DNA of 61,027 nucleotides, filler included, from Streblomastix strix (taxonomy: Eukaryota), in NCBI GenBank assembly GCA_008636045.1. It is 4 parts of 4 records of this genome, joined end to end, with 100 filler letters (N's around TTAATTAATTAA, not from the genome) between each part and the next. Parts side by side here need not be neighbours in the genome. Positions count along the whole stretch, not along the records: positions 1 to 15,183 come from SNRW01001021.1; 3 more parts are not named here. One strand, 5' to 3'. Under the pieces are notes generated by a model. That model saw only the letters and a list, made by a program, of their open reading frames with translations, was not told the DNA's origin and did not search any database. Positions 1 through 13,790 of this stretch are shown here, piece after piece. A program made the translations under genes and the position numbers. Within the stretch, counting starts at the first letter, position 1. Each line of letters begins with the position of its first letter.

Positions 1-204
1 TTTTCTACTAAGAAGAAGTTTCTTAACTTAAAATTTATTAATATATTTAATGTTATAAATATTTGTTTTAATTTCATTATCAAATATTTAAGTTCCCAGA
101 AAACCACTATTTTGTGGAATTGATCAAAGTCGCACTCATATTATGACTTTTTTTTAGTTGTTCCATCATATATTCAAAAATAAAATAAAACTCTAGATGT
201 CTGT

Positions 205-1355
205 TGTGATGAGAATCGCCCATTTGGAAAATATATGTGCTTCTATTCTTATTATCTATGATTACTTATTGATGATTGTCATTTCATAATTGATGATATT
301 AAATGCGTTATAACATTCTCTAAACATATTTGTTTTGAATCATTCGTCAGAAAATTCATGTAATAACGTATCTAATCAAAGATTGAAAGAAGTGATAGTG
401 GAGAATAATTCAGTAAGATTACTATGAACAGCTCTTATGGAAGTCATGGTGTGAATCAAGAGCACTATTCAGATATTAAACTATGTGATATTCATGAAAC
501 ATTCAGGAAACATCTCAATGGTAGATTCAAAAGTTATCGTAAATTAGGAGATAACTTATACGCTGTTGAGTTTGAATAATAGAAATTTAATTACAAAACT
601 TGCTTATAAGTTGCATTTGCAGTATTTGATTGTGCCAAAATTTTTTTTATGAACTTCTATTATAATTTCTTAACTCGTATGGTTGATATGAATCGAGTTT
701 ATCTCACATATTGTGATACAAATTCTATGATGCTAGCAATTGCTGGAGAACCGAAATAAAATTATAGATAAAAATTCTCTGCATTAATTAAAGATAAAGA
801 ATTCTATGACTAAAATTTTTATAAGTTCTTCCTAAAACCTAATTCAATAATCTCTAAGGAAAGTTAACCAATATTAGATAAAATTGAGTGACTTGATGAA
901 AGAAAACTTAAAATAAAGGAATTGCAAATTAAAAATGAAAAGAAACCTTTAGGATTTGTAGATGAACATTGTGGTTCAAATCATATAGCTTTTACACCAA
1001 AGAATTATTGGTTAAGATAAGAATTTGATAAGAAAGATCCAATAGTTGTTAAACTTAAAGGAATGAGTTTAAAATTGAATCCATAAATCAATAAAGATGT
1101 TTATGAAAACAATATTAAAATGGAAAAATAGTTAAAGACACGAATACTTCGTTAAGATAGCGTTAGGAAAGGAATTCTGATGATGAAATATTTAGTAAGA
1201 TGAGTAAATTTAATACAACAAAGAATGGAATTACTGTAATTTATATTAAAATGATTATACTAGAAAATTAATGCTGTTGTCCGTATATTGATGGAATATC
1301 TGCTGATAAATACAAAATTTAATTTAAAATATTGATGCTTCCATAAGATCAATGA
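205..1355 (+). pseudogene. Protein-primed family B DNA polymerase (pPolB), C-terminal part
   Basis: Frame 1 contains KITMNSSYGSHG (motif B, ~415-450), YCDTNSMML (motif C with D->N, ~709-735), PKNYW and VKLKG. In-frame TGAs and a frameshift near 1120. Confidence 0.88.
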
Positions 1356-1408
1356 AAAAACAAATTATAAAAGGTAATTAATTTATTTTTGTTCATTAAA
1401 ATCCATTT

Positions 1409-1683
1409 ATGTAACACAATTTAAGTATTTGTTAGAGTAAAATTCCAGTATAAATACTTGATGACCTTCTTCAGACATTTGATTAAAATAAAAAATAGGT
1501 CAGAATCGCTGAATATTCTATGAAACTATCGATCTATTCATTTTAAAAATAATCTCGACGATTAAATCTTGAAGAATTTGTATATGGAATCAAAAATCAT
1601 GAAAATGATAACGAAACATAAGTCATTTTAGATAATGCTGATAAGATTCAATTTGGTGGTAAATCAATTGAAGAATGGCATGA
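1409..1683 (+). pseudogene. Small hypothetical viral ORF, frameshifted
   Basis: ATG after the TTATTTTTG motif, between pPolB and integrase; no recognisable motif. Confidence 0.35.
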
Positions 1684-2735
1684 AGATTTTCTTACGTAAG
1701 AGATGTAAAAGGGTAAAAATAGATAAAATATCAGATAAAATTTAAACATTTCTAATTAATAATTACCTCAACATATAAATTTTCCATTCAAATCCAAGGT
1801 GAAAACATATGAGTAAGTTCATGGAATAAAATTGAAGTAAAATAAAATTTCCCCTGCAATTGCAGTTCCTGATTATCAAATTAAATAACTCGATGAATAA
1901 TATGGACGACCATACTTCTCATATCATATTGGCTCATGGGAAATCGATATTGTTTTCTCGATGAATCCTGAATTGGTACGAATAAATTAAATTTACTTAT
2001 GCAGCATTAATATCAATACAAAATTTCTTGTAGTTTATAATTTATGTAGTAAATCATAAGATGAGGTTAGAAAAACTTTATATAATTTATTTCAATATCA
2101 GAATATAACTGATATTAGAGGAGATGATGAAAAACGATTTGTTAGTAATTATCTTATGCAATTTTATAAATCATTTGATATATAAACATATTTTGTAAAT
2201 GGATCTTAGGAATTTACTAATCACAATCGTATAGTTGATTCTGTAATAAGAACTATTAGAAATGCTTTTTGAATGGATGAGAGAGCGTTTGAAAATCTTA
2301 TATTGGTGTTATAAATGGTTGAAAGTTAATTATAATACTCCTTATAGTGCGTTTGAAAATTAATTTGTATCAAAATAAGCTAATGGATAATAAGAGCTTG
2401 AAAGGTATTTTATAAGAAAGAATGAAAAGATATTCAGATAAATTAATGCAAAATTATAAATGTCAGGACTATATATGTATATATATGGAAATATTATAGT
2501 GAATCATGTTGATAATTCAAAAAAATCATCGATTCATGAAGTAAAGAAGAAATTTCAATGAATTAGCAACGTTTTTAAGATGTATTATTGATTATATTGA
2601 ATGTCTATTATTAAAATCATTTGTTGATTTAGATAGAATTACAATTCCGATATATTATATTATATATCTGTGAAAATGAAGAATAATTAAATTCATCCGA
2701 ATTCAAATTATTTAAATAATTATTTAAATTTGAAA
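1680..2735 (+). pseudogene. rve-type (Polinton/Maverick) integrase
   Basis: RPYFSYHIGSWEID...ININTKFL...IRGDDEKRF...NHNRIVDSVIRTIRNAF; premature TGAs and frameshifts. Confidence 0.85.
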
Positions 2736-2795
2736 ATTATAAATATTTAAATTATTTTTTTTGTAAAATTTATTTTAATTATTTCCAAAAGAAAA

Positions 2796-3245
2796 ATGGA
2801 AAAGGAATAAATTTAATAAATTGTGCTTGAGACATTTGCGTCAGTTAAAAAAGTTTCCAAAATAATAAAATAAACAAAATAGATTAACATTCAAGAAATA
2901 ATTTCCGAAGAATAAATAAAATCCATCACATAACGTAGACAATTATGTAAATATTAATCAATAGAAGAAGTATTTGAAATAGCAAAGTAATAAAGAAAAG
3001 TATTAGCAATAATATTTACTTAATAAAATTTAAATTTCAGAAATTAAGCGTATGCATCTTAATTACATTTAATAAAATGATTATCAACAATAGTAACTAT
3101 AGATCCAGCTTAACTTGAAGTCATGCATAATATTCTAAATTTATCTGAGACTGTTTCAGAAAATCAAAGATTTGTTTTATCACCTTGTGATTCATTAGAT
3201 AAATGTTTAGAAAATCTATCTGTAACAGAAGAAAAATAAGAATGA
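2796..3245 (+). pseudogene. Small basic hypothetical viral protein
   Basis: MEKEQIQQ... ORF with one internal TGA; positional counterpart of the ORF at 24965. Confidence 0.5.
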
Positions 3246-3339
3246 AAATCGAAGATTTACATTAATACTTCGCATTTCTGAATTAATAATTAAATAATAA
3301 AATATGAAAATTATTTTTATCAAACAAATTCTGGATAAG

Positions 3340-4397
3340 TAATCTCTGCCACATTAAATAAGAAATTATTTTACATATCTCTTTCTAAAAGAATTTCATT
3401 TTAACTACTTGTGTTATTTCAGTTTCTTTTGATGTTGGTGCTTTAATTAATCTTCCACTTGGTTCATATTCAAATAAACTATCGAAATATGCTTTTGCCT
3501 CATCATTTATTTATTTATATTTAATTGGATCACTTTTATCTAACTCAGCCAAATCAACCTATGCATACGTATTTGCAATTTCAGGTTTAATGAAACTTGT
3601 CATCATTCTTTTAATGAAGTAATCTCTCCATATAACACTTGGAAAAATTATATAAGAATTTCTTTATTTATTATTAATATCTTCTCCAACTTCTTAAACT
3701 CTTTAAATTTTATGACCAAAACTTTTAAGAACTTTAACAACAACTTTTTTAAAATAATTCTATGGAGAAGCATATTTAATAGGTCTAATATTTTCATCTT
3801 ACCAAACTTTCATTGTTGTTCCTTTACGATCTTATTTTGTTGGATATTAATCTTCATTTCACATTGTCCAATATTTCTTTTTAGGAGCTGTCGTACGATA
3901 ACCAGCGACTGAATATAGTTTTTCATAACTATTCTTACAACTGCATCATTTAACGTAGATACATCGTTATCCAAATCTTCTGAAGCTGCTGTCCATCCTT
4001 TCTTATCCAATTTCTTTTCTTTCAGCCAATCTGCAGCACTTTAAAGATGAATAAGTCTAATAACTTTTTAAATGTCTCTATGAAGTTTGCCAGCAACAAA
4101 GTATCTTAATTATTTCATTTTTTCATCTACATCGGTACTTGGCCATAATCCAACTCTCCTTGATTTCTAATCCTACAATTGGTTAAATGCAGGTAAATCA
4201 GATTAAATTTATTTTCTTATTGGTGGCCTCTTAAGTAGTTTCAAATTATATGCATAACCCATTTTTTATCTAACAGCATCAATACTTTAAGGAACTGATC
4301 TTTCAATATCCATAAGACCTTAATAGTCTTAGAATGGTTATTCATCCCATGGCATATCATTAGAAGCTGGGCCTCATTGTTATGTTGGTGCTGTCAT
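3340..4397 (-). pseudogene. Conserved hypothetical viral protein (W...EDxDxD...VVR family)
   Basis: WLKEKKLDKKGWTAASEDLDNDVSTLNDAVVR resembles EWKGVEEDINGDKFPEFVVRD at ~31020-31080. Confidence 0.55.
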
Positions 4398-4493
4398 AGT
4401 TATTTTGATAGCTTTGCGTCAAAGATAAAACTTTGATTAAGTTCAATAATTATGAAGTGTTATTATAAATGAAATGTAAAAATCAAATTTAGA

Positions 4494-5160
4494 ATGAATC
4501 AGATAATTTTACCAGTAGATATGGATGTGAGTAATGAATAGAAAATAATAACTTTAACTTCATACACAAACACAAAATAATTAAATTAAAGTTAAATTTT
4601 AAGAATTATGTCACTGTCAAATTCGTCACCAAAATTTACAGCTTCAATACGTTCAACAATTGAAGTTGATTCACCATTTGAAAATGAATAATTACCTGTT
4701 GAATAGGTTTAAACACGAAAAGGATTATCTATATTTGAAGAAACAATTACGCCAGATCCATCTATTTGCAGATGATTACTTGATATTATAAGTGAAGATG
4801 AACATATGGCAAAAGAATCTGCTCATTTCATCTTATCAGGTCCTTAATTAGTAAGAGTAGTTGAAAATATATATGAAGTACTTGAAAGTTAAGTTGAAAT
4901 TATTGTTGAAGATGAAACTTGCTGTAGTAAATTCAGTTATGATGGTACAGAAACAATAACTGATATTGCAATTTCAAACGTAAACATCTTAACATTAGAT
5001 GTTGATAACGAAAATTTACTGAAAGATTCTTATAAAATATGTATGTAAAAAGTTAGACAAATTTCATCAATACTTGATTTAGGAGAAATTTCCTCAAGAA
5101 TAATGAGAACAATATCATCTGGATTAATGTAAGTTCTTTCTAAAGTATAAGCTTAATATA
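4494..5160 (+). pseudogene. Conserved hypothetical viral protein upstream of the fibre gene
   Basis: HFILSGPQL...VEIIVEDETCCSKF...ETITDIAISNVNI...DLG aligns by eye with 27538-28320 (DFILSSDNF...IEIVLEE...SCLSK...ETVRVIDVLIKNVSI...DLG). Confidence 0.6.
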
Positions 5161-5196
5161 TGTTAATTAATTTATTTTTGTTAGAAACATATAAAA

Positions 5197-7928
5197 ATGG
5201 ACGGGTACTTTCACATGTTAGATGTAGTTTTGTTACATGAGATATTATTTGGTTCTTAACGTTAAAATATTCATGGATTAGTTGAATAAGTTATATATTT
5301 CAATAATTGATTCAGTCATATTAATAATGTACATGCAACCGATCTTAGTAACTATTATACAAAACTTGAAGTTGATGATTTTATAAGAGAAACTACTATT
5401 GAAAATGTTGATTTGGTAAATTATTACAATAAACCCAAAACTTATGCTAAAACAGAAGTCGATGAATTACTTGATGATTACTATAGTAAAACTGAAACTT
5501 ATGCTAAAGTAAAAGTATATAATAAAACAGAAGTTGATGAATTTCTTGATGAAAAAGCTAATATTGGAACTTCATATTTTAAAACTGAAACAAATGAGTT
5601 ATTAAATAAAAAAGCTGATAAAACTGAAATTATTGATGCATACAGCAAAACAGAAACTGATTAGAAATTAGAATTGAAAGCTGATAAAACTGAAATAATT
5701 GATGCTTATAGTAAAAGTGAAGATGATGCGTAGTTATTATTGAAAGCTGACAAAACTGATTTTTATGAATATTACACATCTGGATAAGTAGAAGAATTTC
5801 TTGATGAGAAAGCTGGCAAAACATAACTGATTGATTCTTATTCAAAATCAAAAGATGTTGCATTGTTACTATTGAAAGCTGATAAAACTTGTTTAGATAA
5901 CTTTGTTGATCTAACAACCGCACAAACAATATCTGGTTAAAAATAATTCAGTGCAATATCAGTGTCAAGCATATCTAAATAGAGTAAAAATGATGAATAA
6001 ATATTATTAGCAGGTTGAGGTGATATGTTAGTAAGCACATTAGTGAATCAAACAGAATTATAAGAAGTTAGAGATACTGTTTAAGGAAAATCAAAAGGAT
6101 ATGTATTTGCAACATAGGAAGAATTGAATGATTGGATGGCTGTTCAAGATAATGTAGCAAACTTAGCTATTGATGATAATTTATATATCGTTGATAAGTA
6201 ATTTATAGATTATTGGTGGGATGGAACTTACTTAAAAAATTTTAGAAACAGAATTACCAGATATGAGTATTGTTGTTACTACATTATGTGCTGCAACTGG
6301 AAATTGAAATGCAATATCTGATATATCTATCGATGGAAATACAATAACACCTGCGAAATATTCTAAGTTTGTTACTACTGGATTTGTTCAATTGATTACT
6401 GGAATGAAGATTTTTACATGTACTATTATTTCTAATGGTATTCAATATTCTGGAAACGATAATAACTCTGTATTTCTTGCTTATGGAGGAGTGAAATCAA
6501 TATCTGATATAAATGCAAGTGTTGATTTGAGTAATTATTTTAATAAAATAAAGAACGGATGAATTATTAGATGATAAAGCTAATTCAGCAGATATAGCTA
6601 ATTATGTCACATTAGATACTTCATAAACAATAAATGCAAATAAGACATTTAGTAATAGTTGTAGATTCACAAGTATTATAGATGGAATGTCAACAATTAT
6701 TGGTGCATCATTTGTTAAATCAGGTGCTGATAATACCGTTGTTTTACTTGAATCTGGTGGTACCAAATCAATTTCTGACTTCAGTAGTTCAATTGATGAT
6801 TCGAGTTTTGTGAAGAAAACAGGATAAAATCTTTAAATTATTAGAGGAAATTAACGAAAAAGGGAATTTGAACCGGAAATGGACGAACAAAACATTTTAA
6901 AATAACGTTACTGCTAATAGATTCGTCAAATCTAGTGGAACAAATCAACAATTATTATTAACGAATGGTACTGTTAAATCACTTTCTGAATTCGGAAGTG
7001 GAAGTGTTGATGATTCGAATTATTTGAAGAAAACAGGATAAGCAACATAATCTATTAAAAGAAATTAATTAGAAGCGGAAGTATAGAATCATTTAGTGCA
7101 GCAAATATATCATAATATATGACTAAAGACTAAATTGCTGGAGGATGCGTACTTATAAATGACGGAGGAAATGTTAGTGGGAATATAGAAGCACCGGGGA
7201 ATATTATTTCTGCATGTTTTATTAATTCTGGTGGAGCAAATCAGCAAGTACTATTAGCAAATGGATCAACTAAGCCATTATCAGAGTTCAGTGGTGGAAT
7301 AGGTGCTATGAGTAATTATGTTTAAAAAATTGGAGCAGATGTTTAAGTTATTATTGGAATACCAAGAAAAGGAGAAGATGAGGAAGAAGAATCGGAAGAT
7401 GATGATGATTACATAACAAGAGGCGAATATAATAATAGTACAAATTAAATTACTAATATCTATTGTATGTGAAAAACAGGATAAAATACATAAAGCGAAA
7501 GAGATAGATAATTATATATTTATCCATTCGGTATCGAAGATGATGAATCACAAGAACTGACAGATACCGCTTATCTCACATGGAGTGAAACAAATTACGT
7601 TACTACTTCGAAGTTCTATAATTTCTATCAAGAAATAACTCCACCAGTAATGTTTTCTGGATTTACAGCATCATAATCCAGTTTAATAAAAATAAACAAT
7701 CAAATATATTTCTTTTATTTAGTTGTCAAGCTAGATAATATAATATAAGCTTATTAAGGTCGTAATATTTGAACGGTTAATCCCCCACCATTATTTACAC
7801 TATTTCATCTATTTAATAGTAATTATTTAGCTATGTTTACAGATGATGGATACGTACATTTCACTACGTATGCAGCAGTATGGACGTAAAACGATAATGT
7901 TGTAATTAATATATTTTGGGTAAGATGA
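5197..7928 (+). pseudogene. Tail-fibre/spike-like repeat protein
   Basis: Tandem YSKTE[TV]DxLLxxKADKT repeats (5350-5890), a YVFAT...DNLYIVD...DYWWDG segment and three FVKSGGTNQQLLLANGS-type repeats (6710-7290); frameshifted. Confidence 0.75.
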
Positions 7929-8000
7929 TCATGATTAAAATGAAATTTACATATAACAAACGAATTATGAATAAACTATTTTTGTTTGATCTCAAATGTA

Positions 8001-9576
8001 ATGAAAGTACATATTGACGAAGCTTTACTTGACGCAGCTGGACTAATGGATTTTCCGGAATTATATGCATATGTTAGAGAAAGAGAACCTAGACCACCTG
8101 TTGAAACTGCACCCCCTGTTCCAATTGAAGAATAAACATTATAAGAGTAAGTGAAGATTAATGCAGATATTCATGAAAATTCAAAAGAAGCATTCATATC
8201 ACCTGAACCAAATATGCCAGTAAAAATTGATTATGGATCATAAATTATAAATAAACTATTTGTATTTAATGAGATATCTCCATCATTAGCTGTTTATGGT
8301 GATAGAGTTACACTGAATTGCTTTGTAACTATTAAATATCAATTCAAAGGATTTGTTTTCAATTCATATCCTCAAGAGGCATAACCAAAAAATGATGCAG
8401 AAATAATTGCTGTAATCTGTAATAATTTCATTAATAGTATTAATTATTTCTGCTATAATAAAAAAAATGATCCATACGTTTATGTTGATTAAGATTAAGA
8501 GATATTTGTAGATACTTCATTAATATAATCAATTACATGTTATAAGTTATTTAAAGAACTTAAATAAATAAACGATGATTCAAATAGCGATGGTAAAGTT
8601 GATATCATGGATGTTTGGAAAGAACGAGGATAAAGTATTCAAGAAGCTTAATCTCATGCATATGCTGTAGTGAAAAAATAAATTGATTTAGTTGATCATC
8701 ATATAATAGAAATTAAGTTACACAATTTCTTGAATAATGATATTAAATTAAAAGATAAGTTAGGAATTTATAAACCTGATCGCGCAGCATATTATGTATA
8801 AGATGTACCATTTGGTACATATAGTTTCTGTAATAAATTAGTAGATAACGTAGGAAATATATATAAAATATTTTAAATAATTGATAGTAAAGTTTTGCCA
8901 ACTTATATTAAATATCTTTTCATGCATCCTGAGTAAAAAGAATATAGAGAAATATGCTACTAAGTTGAATCATTAGATAAATCAGCAGCATTTTAAGTTA
9001 GCATCTTCAGTAAATTAGACAAAAAAAGGTTGCGAATTCACTGGAGTGTATGTTTTAGATAATTATCAAAATATGAATGATGCAAATGAATCAAATGAAA
9101 ATAATGAAGGGTAATCTGAATCTGTAATAGATGAAGAGATAATTATATTAGATTAAAAACTTCAAACTCATTCGATATATGAATAAACTATTACTAATGA
9201 GATATGTTAATTGGATATTGTTTAAGGTTTCACATTAGGTTCTCCTCACAAATCATTTTATATTGTTGATGATGGCACTTGTAAAGTATGTGTGTTTAAT
9301 TTATTACTTGAAACTAAGGGATTCTACCAACAATATTAACCAGTTTCTTCAATTCCTGATGTATTAGTATCAGCAAAAAATAATTTGTTAGTATTTCCAG
9401 CATCAGCTATGGTAACTGTGGGAGATAAATATTAGACATTAACAATGGTATGTTATTTTATTACGAATGGTTCTACAAAATAATATTCATTTTCTGTTGA
9501 AGGAGCTGTAGTTATATCTCCTTCATCAACAGATATATAATATTATGGTGTTAACGGATTATATTACTTTGATTGA
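8001..9576 (+). pseudogene. Hypothetical viral structural protein(s) with a DxNxDGxVDxxD loop
   Basis: MKVHIDEALL... ORF block with beta-rich segments; DSNSDGKVDIMD at 8577-8612; may be two genes. Confidence 0.5.
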
Positions 9577-9639
9577 TTATATAAGTTAAAAGCAAATATT
9601 ATTTTTGTTTCATAGATACAAGATTATTAATCAAAAATA

Positions 9640-9964
9640 ATGGCTGTCGGCATATTCTCAAAACTCAAAGCACATGCTCAAAAAAATTGGTTACTGGTTA
9701 TCGTGCGTTTATGAAAAAGTAGTTAAGCCTTATGTATTATCAGTAACAAACTTCATTGCACCTGCACTTGGACCAGTTGTTAAAATGATTACTAAAGGAA
9801 TTAAATTAGGATCATCAGCAATTGATGTAATCGTAGGAAAAGGATCAAAATAAAAGGTGAAAGATAACTTTACTGACTTTAAGAACGATACATATGTTAA
9901 GTAGAATTTACCAATTGAATCATTAAGTCGAAGAATAAAACATGTTGGTTAACAATTTGTGTGA
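9640..9964 (+). pseudogene. Amphipathic-helix protein (adenovirus pVI-like) upstream of the major capsid gene
   Basis: MAVGIFSKLKAHAQK(fs)IGYWLSCVYEKVVKPYVLSVTNFIAPALGPVVKMITKGIKLG. Confidence 0.5.
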
Positions 9965-10053
9965 ACATCAAAATATAAATAGTAACTGATAGATTATTCA
10001 CATTTATGTGATTAATAACGAAGTTAATATTTTTATTCTTTCACAAATTAAGT

Positions 10054-11763
10054 ATGAATCGTTTTCTTGCAAAAACAATCTAAGTTCAAGGATTAAATAC
10101 AATTGAGTCATAACTTGAATTAAACGCGGTAGTTACATTCAATAATGACGGAGAACATGATTATTTCTCCAAAGAGATTAAACCCGAATCACAGATGCCA
10201 GCATTATTTGATAAAGAAATTATCATAAGTTTATCTGATAGTGATCATGATATAACTCAAATGTAAAATTCTTTCTTATCTATTTTGTTAACAGCTAATC
10301 TACAGTTTGATAAAAAGTTCGAATAATTTGATGGCTCATACAAGGATGGAGTTGTATTTTTTGTAGGATTGAAATCTGGAAGCAATATCATTCGAGAATA
10401 TACCGTATATCATCGTGGAAGAACTATTGATGGAAGCTTGCAAAATGATGCAACAACTGAATCATTCATCTATAACACCATTAAGCCAAAGTCAGAGAAA
10501 AATAATAGAAAACATATTCATTCATTATATGAAAATATCCATAAGTTCGATACTTCAGCATGTTGAACTTATATTGCAATGAGAGAGATTGAAGATGTTA
10601 TTGGATAATAAAAAAATGTACCTTACATGATGCATGTTAGATTCAGAATTTCAGTACCATTGGATGATTTGTTGATATTCTCATCTTTCACTGATTATCC
10701 CAACGGAATGTTTGGAGATCTTAAGGTTAAATTCAAGATTAATCCTAATGCATTTGTGTTTGCATAAGTTAATCCAACAGTATCTTTGGCAAAATATTAT
10801 ACAATGAATAAGGATGAATTACTAAGTTCAGGTTAATAGAAGTTGATGGATATTGGTTTATTCTTCCGTTATTGGAGCTTAACATTCTAATATACAAAAC
10901 AATTCACATAGCTTAGATGTACTGTTGATTTGATAACTAGCATAAGAACTGAATAACTTACTCCAAGTGGATTGAAGAATCTTGTTTGTGATATAACTCC
11001 AGTAACAGTTTCAATAAAGAATTACGTTGTTACTGAAGTAACTGCTAATATGGCTAGATATAAAGCAATTGATGTATGCTAAGCAAAAGTAAGAGATTTC
11101 TTCAGTACTCGAGCTTTTGTAGTTCAAGCATAGAGAGTTGAAATTTGGCCATTCCAAACATCAGCATCACTTTCTGGAATAAGAACTTCATAAAATATTT
11201 CTCTATCTTATGTTACAAATTATGTATTATTATTCCCTAAAGATGCTAGATGTACAATTTGCTTTGAGAATTCATGTTACTAAAATATGTAATTAACAAA
11301 TTATGGAAGAAACTCCAAAGATATGCCTATGAATGCCACTAATTAATAATTCTTCCAGTTATAACTCAATGCAAGTAATTTGGATCTATTATTTGAAGCA
11401 ACCTATGAATTTGAAGATGCTTTAACAACTCCTAGAAATACTGCAACAAGAAGACCTAATGCACATACGGATTTGACTTCTTTCATGATTTCGTTACAAT
11501 ATAAAAGAAATAGTAATGGCATATTAACTTTTGATGGACTAGACATTCAGAACTAAAATACTTCTATTGAACTTCGTTGAGCTCCAATTTATCAAGTAAT
11601 AACTGATTTTTATTATTATAATGTAGACACTAATGGAAAAAGACCTCCTCCACCAATTCTTTGTACAGTTCATGGTACTTTCCTGTTATTTAGTCCTAAT
11701 CAAGGATGTTCATGTCATAATGATTTAACACATTCATTAGACGAAGTTATTATAAGTGTTTGA
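10054..11763 (+). pseudogene. Major capsid protein (probably double jelly-roll)
   Basis: 570-codon single frame with two internal TGAs (10564, 11578). Beta-rich: FFVGLKSGSNIIREY...QNDATTESFIY, LLFPKD...CFEN, FDGLD, PPPILCTVH. Size and position fit a Maverick MCP; the fold is inferred. Confidence 0.72.
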
Positions 11764-11855
11764 AAACAAAGTTTATATGCGACAAGCGTCGCAGTCACAT
11801 GAAAACAAAATTAGTTATTAATGAAGTTTAATGTTATTTTTGCAATGAATGAAAC

Positions 11856-12278
11856 ATGATTGTAGAGCCAAATAAAAAAAATTTTATTATAACTCGTGAA
11901 CTTATTTAAATCTAAGATCGATCTTTCAAAAGAAGATTACCAACAGAATTTGTAAATTCATAGGATGAATGAGGAATAACAATCGTCTAATGCATAATTC
12001 CGAGGAAGATTAAAAAATATTATCATGATCTGTACTTATATGATGATCCTGATACAACTACAACTGAATAACGTAAAATTTATTTACATTCAACAATAGT
12101 ATAAGAAGAATAATATAATGACTATTATGTTTGAAAGTGTTATAAATAAAGAGCATCAAAAGTATTTCAATAAATGAATCAAATAACTTACATATACTTT
12201 TGGTTCAAAGGTAAAAATGGAAATTTACTTGATATAGGTCATATTGACTTTACATTGGAGTTACTGTTTGAATATTGA
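11856..12278 (+). pseudogene. Putative minor capsid protein (penton-like), 140 aa
   Basis: Directly follows the MCP; LPTEFVNS...KIYLHSTIV...DYYV...FWFKGKNGNLLDI...FTLELLFEY; two internal TGAs. Confidence 0.55.
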
Positions 12279-12378
12279 TTGTCATTATCACAGATAGTGT
12301 CTTCCAACAAAATTGGTTATGAAATGATAACTAATTATTTTTTTCATAATGAAACATTGCGACTCATTGTGACTCAAG

Positions 12379-12750
12379 ATGGATCGTTTCATTTTTGATT
12401 ATCGTTCTGGCAGTCGCACTAGGACTCCATTAAAGTCATCTGTTGAAATTTTTCCAGAAATATAACTTATGAAAAAATTTAATCAAGATCTCATAGTATT
12501 TGAGAATGTAACGCAATTCAAGTAATTTCTAACATTGAACAAGGGAGAATTGGGGAAAATGCCAACGTTGAAATTGAATAAGTAATATTAAATTAAAGAT
12601 GGTTATAGAATTACTAGATTGAAAGGATAAATATCTTTGTGATTTTAGCCAAAAGAATAGAAATTTGAAAGATAATCAGAAACCATTGATTAGATATAGA
12701 ATCTTGATCAAAGGTTAGAATGATTAATTGCTACTTTGTTAAGTAAAAAT
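12379..12750 (+). pseudogene. Hypothetical viral ORF
   Basis: Open frame under TAR=Gln with one TGA; no motif. Confidence 0.3.
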
Positions 12751-12779
12751 ATAATATCAGGTGTAGATTTGAATTTAAT

Positions 12780-13558
12780 TTTCAAGATATTTCTGATATT
12801 TGTAGTTCCATCTTCGTTATATTTAAATAACAGAGTATCTCTTTTAGCAAGTTATACATATTGATTCCATAATTCTTCTTTATCAATTGGAATTGATAAT
12901 TAATAGAAGAATAAATTGAATTTCTATCTATTAAATGCATCAAGGAAATAAATTGAATCCACATTTGACTTAATTGCTGCTTCCGATCCTATAATATCCT
13001 GTAAACATAAGAAATAGGTTATTTTTGGTTATCTATTCTTAAATAGTTTCTTGAAAAGTGGGCACATCTTATTTTTAAAAATTAACATTACATCATGGAA
13101 TAAAACAATGGTATGCGAAGATTTAATTTTGAAATCCGTCGCACCAACAGCATCAGGAATTTCTTTGCGGATGTTTCATCTAATTAATCTGTAAGATATT
13201 ATTCAATTATTTAATTATATATTTATATACATTCTATTAGATCATCAAGTGAAGTATCTGCTTATGAATATATTACTATTTTTGTTGGTATCTTAATTAA
13301 AATTTTCTTTTTCTTGTATGTTTAATCATTATTAGTGCCGGTTACATAGATAAATAAAGTATAGCAATGATTTTTTAATTAATTTAATTTAATTATTTCT
13401 TAGAAGACGTTGTAAGTCTTTCCACTATTACGTAATCCAATGAGTAAATTTATAGAATTGTATGTAAAATTTATCTCAGGATGAATGATAGACTACGTAT
13501 CATGATGATTTTTATTGATATTTTCTAAAAGTGAGTTAGCATGCTATTTTAATGACAT
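12780..13558 (-). pseudogene. A32/FtsK-HerA-like DNA packaging ATPase
   Basis: NSINLLIGLRNSGKT (Walker A, ~13415-13460), HTIVLFHD (degraded Walker B), KNRQPKITYFLCLQD (Arg/Gln sensor motif); frameshift near 13270. Confidence 0.85.
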
Positions 13559-13790
13559 TTCAACTTAAAATTCTTCGTAATAGTACTTTGCTATTACTTT
13601 AAAGAACTTATGAATCTAAAAATCATTAGTAAATTCGTTGATAAATAATCTAATAAATCAAATGATTTTTATTATTAATTTTATTTTTAAATTTTTTCTA
13701 AAAAATTTTTATTAAAATTTTTTCAATAATGAACTTTTTCATTTCAAAATTCATTTTAATTTTCTTCGAAAAACAGTCAAGAAAGAAAAT

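Noticed and set aside
5350..5890. CRISPR-like or noncoding tandem array
   Set aside because: Repeats keep the reading frame and vary at synonymous positions; they are protein repeats.
10564..11580. TGA readthrough or recoding in viral genes
   Set aside because: Internal TGAs fall at varied expected residues and co-occur with frameshifts and catalytic substitutions in neighbouring genes; host genes use TGA as stop. Decay is the simpler explanation.
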